From: an uncultured bacterium
GTDB lineage: Bacteria; Babelota; Babeliae; Babelales; Babelaceae
Direction of reading: 5' to 3'
Assembly: GCA_963848965.1 (NCBI GenBank)
Contig: CAWKFG010000001.1
Coordinates: forward strand, 160,001 to 224,000
Length of the DNA: 64,000 bases
Below the pieces are notes generated by a model. It did not search any database. It saw only the letters and a list, made by a program, of their open reading frames with translations, and had not been told where the DNA came from. A program made the position numbers and the translations under genes. This document shows, in pieces, positions 40,583 to 50,014 of this stretch. Position 1 is the first letter of the stretch; every line of letters begins with the position of its first letter.

Positions 40583-41740
40583 TCAAAAGTTGGTTGATTG
40601 AGAATGTTTAGATGTTTGTTGGTGTTGTGAGAGCTGATATCTATAAGTAAAGGCTTTATGGCATTCTTTACAAATATAGGGCTTTTCTTTAGTATGTAAC
40701 CTCGTGTGTGCCTCTAAGCTAGTTTTATTAAGAAAGCCTGTCTTACACCCAGGGTAATTGCAAGGGTAGGGCAGTAGGGACTGGGATTTATACACTTGTC
40801 CATCGAAAACAGTGGACATTTCTTTAAAAGTATATGTGGAACATGGATTTTTCTTTAAAGGATATGTATTAGGTGTATTTGTAGATAATTTTGAATCTTG
40901 GGGATGTAGTTTTTGCTGATGTCTTTGTAATTGTTTTCTATGGCTAAATGAGTCGCCGCATTCTTTACAAACATAAGACTTTGTATCTGTATGGCCGTTT
41001 TTATGATCTTTTAAGCTAGCTTTTTGCATAAAAGATTTGGTACAACTAGGATAATCGCATTTATAAGGCTTTTCACCTGTATGCATGCTCTTATTCAATG
41101 AACCGTTATTATCAATGACTTGTTCGTTATCTGTTTGACCAACGATACCGTTAGTAAGTTTTTCATTTAGGCTGTCCCTATCATCTCGTAGGTCGAACTC
41201 AAATAGTAAGTTACCAGCGTTAGATATGTCTTTTTCTTTTCTGTTACCGAGATCTATGCTAGGGACTTCATCTTCATGAAGAAAAGAATAATGCTTTTTA
41301 AGATCTTCAGATGTTGAAAAAGCAAATGAACATAATTTACAGGTATAAGCGTATGTTTCTTTGGCAGAAAAAAGAGAGTAAATGATAGGAGGAGATAAAG
41401 GTGACACTGCTTCTTTGTTTGAGGTAATGTTAGTACTATCTTGTATATCCCATATTTGTTTATGAGATGAATAAAGAGGTTCATGCGTAACAGGACAATC
41501 ATTTGTATTGTTTAGTTCAAAGCTAAGATCGGGAGTATTTAAGGGTTGGTCAAGATTATCAATACTATTGAGTAAAAAAGAAATACTATTTTTATCTTTA
41601 AAAGAAGTATCTAGTTTATGACGTTTGAGAATATTATATGTGCTAGTATCAGATAATGGTCTTTTAGAAGATCCTTCTTGCATGCACTTAAGAGTACAAG
41701 AGAGAAAAAGTGTTGAAAGAAAGATAATTGCTTTTTTCAT
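40583..41740 (-). CDS. Secreted eukaryote-like C2H2 zinc-finger protein
   Basis: Five C-x2/4-C-x12-H-x3-5-H fingers; HTGEKPY and HTKEKPY linkers; signal ...TLKC-MQ. Confidence 0.92.
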   Translation of the reverse strand: MKKAIIFLSTLFLSCTLKCMQEGSSKRPLSDTSTYNILKRHKLDTSFKDKNSISFLLNSIDNLDQPLNTPDLSFELNNTNDCPVTHEPLYSSHKQIWDIQDSTNITSNKEAVSPLSPPIIYSLFSAKETYAYTCKLCSFAFSTSEDLKKHYSFLHEDEVPSIDLGNRKEKDISNAGNLLFEFDLRDDRDSLNEKLTNGIVGQTDNEQVIDNNGSLNKSMHTGEKPYKCDYPSCTKSFMQKASLKDHKNGHTDTKSYVCKECGDSFSHRKQLQRHQQKLHPQDSKLSTNTPNTYPLKKNPCSTYTFKEMSTVFDGQVYKSQSLLPYPCNYPGCKTGFLNKTSLEAHTRLHTKEKPYICKECHKAFTYRYQLSQHQQTSKHSQSTNF

Positions 41741-42084
41741 AAATCCCCGTAAGCGCGGAAACTGCGTCTTTTAAGACGTAGAGGAGCGCTTGTGATACTA
41801 AGTCGGCAGCAAGAGTAAGTATGAACTTACTCTAGGCTGTACGGCAATCTCCCCTTACGGGGGTAAAGTTAGCCTCGCCAATGTTATAGAGCGGTATGTA
41901 TCAAGAGCACTAGCCTATACCCTCAACTTGTTTAACTCTTGAATTACAGGGCTTGGAACTGGCTTCGCATTCCAAGGTGTGATCTTTAACGCTCCTCTAT
42001 AACGTAGTCCTCTGCGTTCGCTCAGACTTAGGCTGGTCAACGTGAGCTTTTGCAAGCTACGTCCTTTAGGACGTAGTAGTTGAC
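41741..42084 (-). mobile_element. Non-autonomous IS200/IS605-type (IscB/OMEGA) element with no ORF
   Basis: Starts GTCAACTAC; twin subterminal hairpins CTACGTCCTAAAGGACGTAG and CTACGTCTTAAAAGACGCAG; ends TTTCCGCGCTTACGGGGATTT before ATGA; GC-richer than its flanks. Confidence 0.85.
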
Positions 42085-42104
42085 AAAACTCACTTTACTA
42101 CGAG
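41845..42104 (-). ncRNA. omegaRNA (HEARO-like) scaffold with 5' guide
   Basis: GTCAAC...GTTGACCAGCCTAAG...ACTACGTTATAGAG...ACACCTTGGAATGC..GCCAGTTCCAAG...TTAAACA...CTCTATAACATTGGCGAGGC...TTACC. Guide inferred as about 20 nt 5' of 42084; ends approximate. Confidence 0.82.
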
Positions 42105-42324
42105 AGCTATTATTTTTTTATACTATTTATAATATATTAAATTGATCTATTTTTCAAGCTTTGAGACAGGTCGCCTCCTTATACTAGAAGGGATATAAAA
42201 GATTTTTTATGAAGCATAGCAGGGAATAATTACTTATTGCAAAATTATTTAATTCTTTTAGACTTAGGAGCATAAAAGTATTTATTATATAATTTTTTAT
42301 CTTTCCTTATATAGTGAGTTCTTA

Positions 42325-44544
42325 ATGAAAAATACTACCCTTTTTCTCCTTACGTTTTTTCTTTATAGCTTTTACATAAGCTGTATGGAAAAAGAAGCTG
42401 GAGACCAGATAGCTCTGCAGCAGAGCAGTCAGCTATCGCTTATTCAGGCTATTGCATCTGGTGAGGTAAAGAAAGCGTTAGAGTTACTAAGAAGTGATGT
42501 TGACATTAATCAAGTGGATAAGTATGGGAACACTCCTTTAATGGCAGCTGCTTGCAAGGGATATATGCAGCTTATAAAGCTTCTCATAAAAAAGGGAGCC
42601 CATCTTGAAGCTGCTGATAATCGAGGAGCAACAGCTTTAATGTATGCTGTAAGTTATGAAAATAAAGAAGCGGTAAAGGAACTTCTTGCTCACGGTGCGA
42701 ATGTAAGAGCTCAAAGCAAGGAGGGAAATACAGTGCTCTTTGCTGCTCTTTCGCATGAAGACGGTGAAATTGTAAAAGAACTTCTTAAAATAGAACCAAA
42801 AATTGTTGATGAATGTTATGGCTCTCATACACCCCTTACTTTTGCTCTTACAAGAGAAGCTTTATCGATGGCGGAGCTATTAGTAGCGTATGATGCTAAT
42901 GTTAATCTTGCAGAAACTAGTAAAGGATTCAGCCCCTTACGAGTGGCTGTAGATAAAGGATATAGAACATTTGTAGAACGTCTTATAAAAAAGGGGGCCC
43001 TAGTAAACCATCAATGTATTGAAGGAAGAACTGCACTTATAAGTGCAGCAAGTAAAGGATATTTACCTATAGTAAGACTATTGATTAATAATGGGGCCAT
43101 AATAGACCTACAGCCACGAGATGGATGGACTGCTTTAATGGATGCTGCTGAAAATGGACATGAGCATATTGTAGCCGAGCTTTTAAAAAGAGGAGCTAAT
43201 GTTGCTTTATGTAACAATAGAAATGGAGAAACAGCAGTTTTAAGTGCTGTAAAAAAAGGTTACTTAGGTATTGTAGAGCTGCTTATGGAGGCGGGTGCAG
43301 ATATTTATGGTAAGACTAACGATAATTGGACTGCATTGACTCTTGCTTGTTGTAATGGGCATAAGATGCTTGTTGAAAAGCTATTAAAGCTTAAGGTTGA
43401 TCCTTGTGTAGCTGATGATGACTATGGCATGACTGCTTTACATATGGCAATCTGCAATGGTCATACTGATGTTGCTCTTATGCTTATTAAAGCACGAGCA
43501 GGGATTGGCTGTAAAAATAAGAGAGGCGAAACACCTTTAATGTCTGCAGCTGTGGGGGGTAATGAAAAAGTAGTAGAGGCGCTTCTTAGTGAAAAAGTAG
43601 ATCTTAATGAAAAAGATGATGAGGGACTTTCTGCTTTAGAGAAGGCAGCGCGAGTGAAAGAGATGGGAACAGTTGATCAGCTTATTAATGCAGGAGCAGC
43701 TTATAATGAATCATCTTTAGAAAAATTTCTTTTAGAAAAGCTACCAAATCAAAGTCCGGAAAAATCTTCTCTTCCATTTACTTTTAAAAGAGTAGGTGAT
43801 GAGGTTATAATGAGTTCGCCGTTTATAGGAAATTCAACTATATTTACTGGCAAATTGGGAATTACAACTGCAGCGCATCTTATTAAAGAGGGATGTATAG
43901 CAGGTGAAGGTTTTAGCAACTTAGAGGATCCAAAGAGAAAAATAGATTTTCTTATAACGTTACTACTGCAAAATAAGCCTGAGTTGGTGCAAAAGCTACT
44001 TAAGCAAGAAGCACTAGATGTTAATACAAAATCAACAGATGGTAAAACTCTTTTAATGGTAGCAGCTCTTCAGAATCAATGTGAGCTCATGCACATGCTT
44101 ATTGAACAAAAGGCTTGCATTACTACTCAAGATGATAATGGTGATACGGCTCTTACTCTTGCTATTCTTAAAGGCTATTATAGACCAGTTATATTACTTA
44201 TTTCTTCTGGCGCAGATATTACAGAAACGGTACCTTTTTTTTGCATGCTTGTAAAGAAAGGATATCTTGATGTTCTTAATGCACTTATAGAATATGGGGC
44301 ACCTGATACAAGAGGCTACAGCGAGCTTATACATCTTCTTAAAGAAAGAGAACTTTCTTTGCGGTTCGATAGTTGTTTATATTGTAAGGCACTAGCTCCA
44401 GCGTCTACTCGTGCAAAGCAGTGTGGTCGATGCCTATTTGTACGATACTGCTCAGCTACATGTCAAAAAGAAGATTGGCCTACGCATAAACATATATGTT
44501 CTCAACTTAAAGAACTAGTTCAAAAGTTAAGAGCTACTACTTAA
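42325..44544 (+). CDS. Secreted ankyrin-repeat protein with C-terminal MYND zinc finger
   Basis: Many ankyrin repeats; CLYC...CGRC...YCSATCQKEDWPTHKHIC; signal ...YISC-ME. Confidence 0.92.
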   Translation: MKNTTLFLLTFFLYSFYISCMEKEAGDQIALQQSSQLSLIQAIASGEVKKALELLRSDVDINQVDKYGNTPLMAAACKGYMQLIKLLIKKGAHLEAADNRGATALMYAVSYENKEAVKELLAHGANVRAQSKEGNTVLFAALSHEDGEIVKELLKIEPKIVDECYGSHTPLTFALTREALSMAELLVAYDANVNLAETSKGFSPLRVAVDKGYRTFVERLIKKGALVNHQCIEGRTALISAASKGYLPIVRLLINNGAIIDLQPRDGWTALMDAAENGHEHIVAELLKRGANVALCNNRNGETAVLSAVKKGYLGIVELLMEAGADIYGKTNDNWTALTLACCNGHKMLVEKLLKLKVDPCVADDDYGMTALHMAICNGHTDVALMLIKARAGIGCKNKRGETPLMSAAVGGNEKVVEALLSEKVDLNEKDDEGLSALEKAARVKEMGTVDQLINAGAAYNESSLEKFLLEKLPNQSPEKSSLPFTFKRVGDEVIMSSPFIGNSTIFTGKLGITTAAHLIKEGCIAGEGFSNLEDPKRKIDFLITLLLQNKPELVQKLLKQEALDVNTKSTDGKTLLMVAALQNQCELMHMLIEQKACITTQDDNGDTALTLAILKGYYRPVILLISSGADITETVPFFCMLVKKGYLDVLNALIEYGAPDTRGYSELIHLLKERELSLRFDSCLYCKALAPASTRAKQCGRCLFVRYCSATCQKEDWPTHKHICSQLKELVQKLRATT

Positions 44545-44554
44545 CATGCATAAT

Positions 44555-45346
44555 TTATTGACTTATAACAGGCGCTTTTACTGCAGCATTACGTAAAAGT
44601 TTAACAACTTCGGTATTGCCTTTCTCTTGAGCAAGAGCAAGAGCAGTTTTGCCAGATGGATCTGTTAAAGTAATATCGGCTCCTTTTGCTAGTAATAATG
44701 ATACTGCTTCTGGAAAATGGTGTATTGCAAAAGTTAAAGGAGTATATTGACTATAGCGTTGGTTAACATCTGCTCGTTGGTCAAGTAAATATTTTACTAT
44801 ATCTAAGTGATGCTGGTGCATTGCAGCGTAAAGAGGAGGAATGAGAGATGAAAAGTGCCCATTAATATCTGCACTCTGACTCAAAAGCTCTTTGATGGTA
44901 TTAAGATTGCCTTCATAGGCAGCTGCCATAAGTTTGCGATCTTGTTGTGCTCTTTTTTGTTGCTCATCAAGCCATGCTTTGGCATTAAGAGCTTGTGCTA
45001 TTTGTTCTCTTGTATGGTAGGTGATTAATGGTCCAGGTTGAAATGTTGGCGGAGCTCCAGGTGGTGGTGTTTGTGGCTCAGATGTATAAGGAAACTTTGT
45101 ATAAAGAGTTTCTATAAGGACCTTCATAAAATCAGCGTTGCTTTGAGGAAGTGGAAGTTTGTGTAGTCTTTTTAGAGCTTCATTTAATGTTTTTGCTGAA
45201 GTTATAATTTTTTCAACTCCTTGCCACATGCTGTGATGCGTAACTTCTTTAATAGGACTATCTTGAGCACTAGGTTCCATTGCTTGTGTATTAACACTAG
45301 TGATTAATGTATATAACGGTAAAATGAATATATATTTTTTTAACAT
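44555..45346 (-). CDS. Secreted ankyrin-repeat protein
   Basis: Start MLKKY (SD GAGG); signal ...NTQA-ME; Pro-rich insert PQTPPPGAPPTFQPGP; 4 ankyrin repeats. Confidence 0.85.
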   Translation of the reverse strand: MLKKYIFILPLYTLITSVNTQAMEPSAQDSPIKEVTHHSMWQGVEKIITSAKTLNEALKRLHKLPLPQSNADFMKVLIETLYTKFPYTSEPQTPPPGAPPTFQPGPLITYHTREQIAQALNAKAWLDEQQKRAQQDRKLMAAAYEGNLNTIKELLSQSADINGHFSSLIPPLYAAMHQHHLDIVKYLLDQRADVNQRYSQYTPLTFAIHHFPEAVSLLLAKGADITLTDPSGKTALALAQEKGNTEVVKLLRNAAVKAPVISQ

Positions 45347-45457
45347 AACAACCTCTTGATTTATTTCTATTATTAACATAATAATAAGGCTTTTTATTTC
45401 ATAATGTCAAGAGCTTAACAGAGAATAGTCTTTTAGAGCGGTGCTATAAGAAAATTA

Positions 45458-45486
45458 AAGGCTCTTTGTTCAAAACAAAGAGCCTT
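45458..45486 (-). terminator. Intrinsic terminator
   Basis: AAGGCTCTTTGTT-caa-AACAAAGAGCCTT immediately after the ABC permease stop. Confidence 0.75.
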
Positions 45487-45489
45487 ATG

Positions 45490-46299
45490 TTAATAATGAC
45501 CAAGGGTACCGGTGCGTTGTGCCCATTTCTCACATCGCTTGAAAACAATGCATCCAAGAGCAAGATAAAAGAGTGAATTAACAGTTAGTAAGGCAAGGCT
45601 GCCATCACGTACTACTTCTATGAGAGTTTGATTATTAAATATAAGAGCTCGTAGTACACTTATCCCCTGAGTGGTAGGTAGTGTTTTACTGATAATTTGT
45701 ACCCATACTGGCATACGCTCAAGAGGCAAAATAGAACCATTGAGGAAAAGTAATATATTGTTAATTAAATAGGCAAAAGGGCCTGACTTTTTAAAAATAA
45801 GGCCAAGTCCTGCAAGCATAAGAGCGAATCCAGCAATTCCAATAAGGGAGATAAAGAAGGTGATAAAAGCTCCTATACTTAAAGGAATCTTAAGAGGCCA
45901 CCAAATTAAAAGTGCACTCATAACAAGTCCCAGTTCAATAGAGCAGAAGATCATGGCTGCAAAAAAGCGGCTTATGAGTTTAAAATAGAATGGAGCAGGA
46001 CTTAGGTAGACCTGTTCTAATACTCCCGTTTGTGAGCTGTCTATAATAAATGAGTTCGCATCATAGATAAAATAGTTTGCATATGCCCAAATAAGGTACC
46101 CTACAATAAGAGGGGCAACTTTTTCAGGGGCAATGGTTCCTCCATCAATAAGTAACATCCAGAAGATAAAATCTGCTGCTGTATTAAATGCATTTGTAAG
46201 GTAGTTCCATTTGTAGTGCCAATACATAATTGAGAAAAGATAGATCTCATTTAAAAATAGTAAAGGCAATGATACAACATGGGAAAATGTAGTACTCAT
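45490..46299 (-). CDS. ABC-2 type exporter permease
   Basis: About six TM helices; GVLEQVYLSP, P.E.MP.W.Q.ISK.LP.T.G. Confidence 0.88.
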   Translation of the reverse strand: MSTTFSHVVSLPLLFLNEIYLFSIMYWHYKWNYLTNAFNTAADFIFWMLLIDGGTIAPEKVAPLIVGYLIWAYANYFIYDANSFIIDSSQTGVLEQVYLSPAPFYFKLISRFFAAMIFCSIELGLVMSALLIWWPLKIPLSIGAFITFFISLIGIAGFALMLAGLGLIFKKSGPFAYLINNILLFLNGSILPLERMPVWVQIISKTLPTTQGISVLRALIFNNQTLIEVVRDGSLALLTVNSLFYLALGCIVFKRCEKWAQRTGTLGHY

Positions 46300-46396
46300 G
46301 AGCGTCTATAAAGCTCCTCCATTTTAATGGTGGTACATGCTATTGCTACTGTAGCATAGCTTTTAGAAGAAAAGTAAAGAAATCTCTGTAAGAACT

Positions 46397-47341
46397 TCAA
46401 GCAGAATCCTTTTTTGTCAGATGCATGAATACCTCTTCTAAATTATTTTTTGTACGAGTTACTGATACCAGTGGTAAATCGTGGTTACGTATAATAGCTA
46501 ATTTATGATATAGTTCCTGTTGATCGAGAATTGCTCCTGTAAAAATAGTGTGATCTTCACGTTCTATTACCTGCATATCTGGAAGTATTAGTGAACTATC
46601 TTTAATTTTTCCAGCAATAGTAATCTCATAGTGCTCTTCATGAAACACTTTAAGAAGCTCTTTAGTAGGTTTATCTGCAATCAACTTGCCTTTATTTATA
46701 ATAACGATGCGATCGCATACATGCTCTGCAATATCAAGTTGGTGTGTTGTAAGTACAATAGTTTTTTGTTCATGTTGTGCTAGATGAGCGATCCACTGCT
46801 TAATAGTGCGAGCAGCTTTTACATCGAGTCCAAGAGTAGGTTCATCAAGAAGAAGTATTGGCGGATTTGCAATCGCTGAACATGCAATAGCAACTTTTTG
46901 CTGACTTCCTCGAGAGAAATGCTCTACAGGATCATCTTTGCGTGCTGTAAGTTCAAGTGCATCAAGAAGCTTTTCAGCTTGATCAGTAAGAGCTTTGCCT
47001 GTAATGCCTTTAAGTCTTCCAAAATACATGAGGTTTTGCCATGGAGAAAGCTGCCAGTAAATATTACGTGTACCCTCTAGTACGGCACCAATCTGTCGTA
47101 TTGCTTCATGTCTATTACGTTCTAAAGAATAGCCATTCAGCTTTACTGTTCCGTGAGTAGGCAAAATAAGATTACAAATCATTTTAATAGTAGTAGTCTT
47201 ACCAGCACCATTAGGGCCTAGAAAGCCAATTACTTGGCCTTGTGGTACTGTTAAAGACAAGGTATCAACTGCTTTAAACGGAGTACCATTCTTTTTAATG
47301 TATGTTTTGCTGAGCTCATGAAGCTCAAGTGCCAGAGTCAT
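46397..47341 (-). CDS. ABC-2 type exporter ATPase
   Basis: GPNGAGKTT, FSRGSQQK, LLDEPTLGLD, TTH. Confidence 0.93.
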   Translation of the reverse strand: MTLALELHELSKTYIKKNGTPFKAVDTLSLTVPQGQVIGFLGPNGAGKTTTIKMICNLILPTHGTVKLNGYSLERNRHEAIRQIGAVLEGTRNIYWQLSPWQNLMYFGRLKGITGKALTDQAEKLLDALELTARKDDPVEHFSRGSQQKVAIACSAIANPPILLLDEPTLGLDVKAARTIKQWIAHLAQHEQKTIVLTTHQLDIAEHVCDRIVIINKGKLIADKPTKELLKVFHEEHYEITIAGKIKDSSLILPDMQVIEREDHTIFTGAILDQQELYHKLAIIRNHDLPLVSVTRTKNNLEEVFMHLTKKDSA

Positions 47342-47467
47342 TATTGTTCCTATATAAAGGTATCTCTAATTAAAAATATGCCAAAGCTTTGCAGCAATGG
47401 CAAGAATTTAAAAAATATGGCAGAATAAAAAAGCACCCCCGTTAAAATTTTATGATTAAGGTTACTT

Positions 47468-48388
47468 ATGTTTTTACTTATCATTATGAATCTTTCCTAT
47501 GCGCTCTTATTCCCGTTAAGTAAAATTGCGCTTGATTATTCTTCACCTATTTTCTTAACCGGTTTTCGTATGACATTAGCCGGTATTCTTGTATTACTTT
47601 ACCAGTATTTTTTTAGGCGGCAACAGTTTACTTTACCTCGCCATCACTTTTGGCCCTTTTTTCTTTCATCATTTTTGGGCATCTATGTAACAAATGTGTT
47701 GGATTTTTGGGGCTTTACCTATATGACAGCAACAAAAAGTTGCTTTCTGTATAACCTCTATCCTTTTGCTGCAGCATTTTTTGCATGGTTCTATTTTTCT
47801 GAGCGTTTAAGCACAAGAAAATGGCTTGGTCTTGGATGCGGATTTTTAGGAGCCCTACCAATGATCTTTTCAAGTCAGCAAGTTGAATCAATACCCGTTT
47901 TTGGTGGCTCTCTTCCTCTTCCTGAACTTGCTGTTATTGTTGCTATTATTGCAAGTACCTATGGATGTGTATTTACCCGGCAGCTTGTGTGTCAAGAAGG
48001 CTATGATTCGGTGATGGTTAATGGAAGTATTATGCTCATGGGTGGTATTATGGCTCTTGCCCACTCTTTGCTTGTTGAACAATGGCATCCTTTACCAATT
48101 AGTAATGTGAAGGGCTTCTTCTTAAGCTCATTAGGTATGATGCTTGTTTCAAATGTTATAGGCAATACTGCTTATGTTGAACTTTTACGTCGCTATTCTA
48201 TGACATTCTTATCATTTACTGCCTTTAGTGAACCACTGCTAACAGCTATTTTTGACTGGCTATTCTTTAACATTAAAGTAGGTTACACATTTTATCTTTC
48301 TGTTGCAGTCGTATTTGTAGGACTCTACCTTTTTTATAAGGAGGAGCTTGAACTTAAAGGACATAAAGATCCTGTAGATGCCGTTTGA
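47468..48388 (+). CDS. DMT/EamA-family transporter
   Basis: About ten TM segments in two EamA repeats; FRMTLAG, FSERL..RKWLG, EP. Confidence 0.88.
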   Translation: MFLLIIMNLSYALLFPLSKIALDYSSPIFLTGFRMTLAGILVLLYQYFFRRQQFTLPRHHFWPFFLSSFLGIYVTNVLDFWGFTYMTATKSCFLYNLYPFAAAFFAWFYFSERLSTRKWLGLGCGFLGALPMIFSSQQVESIPVFGGSLPLPELAVIVAIIASTYGCVFTRQLVCQEGYDSVMVNGSIMLMGGIMALAHSLLVEQWHPLPISNVKGFFLSSLGMMLVSNVIGNTAYVELLRRYSMTFLSFTAFSEPLLTAIFDWLFFNIKVGYTFYLSVAVVFVGLYLFYKEELELKGHKDPVDAV

Positions 48389-49243
48389 GTTTCTTGTAGT
48401 TCCGTTTTTCTAAAAGTATGCCATGCATGCCATTCTTTTGAGCGCTTTCTATGTTTTCTCGTTGATCATCAATAAGGATACAATCGGTAGGTGTAACCTT
48501 ATATTTTTTAATAAAATGTTCATAAATACTTTTATGCGGCTTGAGAGTGCCAATATCGCCAGAGATAAGTATATTATCTGGATCAACAAATTGCAGTATC
48601 TTTTGAAATCCTCTTGAAAGAGAAAGGTCTTTAAAAGAATCAGGATCCCAATTTGAAAGAATGTAAAGCTTGTGACGTGGGTTGCCATGTTCATCAGATT
48701 GCAGTGCACATTCTCGTAAAATTTTTAGTGCTTTTCTTATAGGGCGCATATGTTTTGCAAGTGTTTGAGGATTAAACATAGCCTCTAACGTCTTTTTTAC
48801 AAGGCGCTTTTGACGAGCACTAATAAAGAAGCCTGCTTGATCATATTCTTCAATACGCTGTGCAACTTTATGGCATATTTTTGCACCACTTTCTTTGCCT
48901 GTAAGCCAATCGCACATAATGGTAGGGAGTACTCTTCCTTCAGATGTGGCCAAAGAACATAGTCTCTCCTTTTTGTGGCTCTGCAAGTGAATCTAAGACT
49001 AGCAAAAACGATGTTTTTAATGTGTAGAGGATTTTTCCAATCAAGAAGGGGATAGAGAAGAAAATCTTTCCAGCCAATTTCTGAGGCGAAACTAAAAATA
49101 TTTGTAGAAACAAGGGTATTGCCAAGATCCCAAATAATTACTTTAGGACGGGAAGACACTGCCTGAGAAGGTAAATTACTAAGAATCATAGGGCACATCA
49201 CAATGCTGAGGGATAAAGCTTTCGTTATCATATAAAAAGTCAA
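48354..49243 (-). pseudogene. Exported HAD hydrolase, paralog of 9831-10685, split over three frames
   Basis: IIWDLGNTL...DWKNP in one frame, LDSLAEPQKGE in a second, LPTIMCDW...LSNWD...KP...IDDQ in a third; indels near 49001 and 48963. Could be sequencing error. Confidence 0.78.
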
Positions 49244-49358
49244 CTCATTCAGCCTTAGTAGACTGCATTACTCTATAGTATAAAATCGAGAAAAATGGTA
49301 CAATAGTATATATAAATAGTGTAACCAATCTATGTATTACGTCAATAGAGTGGAGAAA

Positions 49359-49727
49359 ATGGATCTGTATCAACAAGAACTTATGGATCATTACCGATAT
49401 CCTCGCAATAGAGGGATTTTAGAAAATCCTAGCTTTGCTAGTGAAGTGCTTAATCCATCATGCGGAGACCAAATCTCTTTTCAAGGCATTGTAGAAGATG
49501 GCAGAGTAACAGCTCTTAAGTTTGGAGGCAAAGGATGCGTTATTAGTCAAGCTGCAGCTTCTATGCTTTCTGAAAAAGGGATTAATCAGCCTCTTTCAGT
49601 TATACAAGAATGGGGTAAGGATACTATGCTGTCTTTGGTCCGTATTCCATTAGGCCCTACTCGTTTGCGTTGTGCTCTTCTTCCTTTAGAAGCGCTTCAA
49701 TCAGGAATAGCTTCTCGTTTTACATAA
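49359..49727 (+). CDS. sufU: SUF-system sulfur-transfer/scaffold protein SufU
   Basis: LYQQELMDHY..PRN, NPSCGD, GCVISQAAAS, RLRCALL. Confidence 0.9.
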   Translation: MDLYQQELMDHYRYPRNRGILENPSFASEVLNPSCGDQISFQGIVEDGRVTALKFGGKGCVISQAAASMLSEKGINQPLSVIQEWGKDTMLSLVRIPLGPTRLRCALLPLEALQSGIASRFT

Positions 49728-49984
49728 TCTAGGTTAACTGGCTCTGGAATTTCCTCGCCTTCTTGTAGATAAAGCTCGAATAACGTAGCCATAATCTCTT
49801 TGAGAGATTTCATCGCTTCCTCAAGAGAGTATGCGTCTGTGCCTATACGCGGCAGTTCGTTAACATGCACAATGTAAAGAGTCTTTTCATCTTCTTGAGC
49901 TGTTTCAATTGTATACGTCCAAGGAAGATTAAGATAATAATTTATATCTTTTTTATTTTTCTTTTGGATAACCATTATTAACAA
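49697..49984 (-). pseudogene. HicB-family antitoxin, N-terminal domain only
   Basis: YYLNLPWTYTI...VNELP...TDA.SLEEA...GEEIPEP; no own RBS/start evident and no intact hicA. Confidence 0.7.
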
Positions 49985-50014
49985 GCACCTCTTTGCAGAC
50001 AGTATATTCGTTGT

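Noticed and set aside
41741..42084. Structured region as a CRISPR array, tRNA, riboswitch or group I intron
   Set aside because: No repeat-spacer periodicity, cloverleaf or intron core seen; the motifs fit an omegaRNA.
15934..42390. Cys-Met N-termini (15934, 41740, 42325) as ordinary lipoproteins
   Set aside because: Only FSGC resembles a lipobox; the shared Met motif explains all three, though lipidation is not excluded.
46296..46400. 34-aa TTG-start ORF between the ABC ATPase and permease
   Set aside because: No motif or clear RBS, and the permease looks complete without it.
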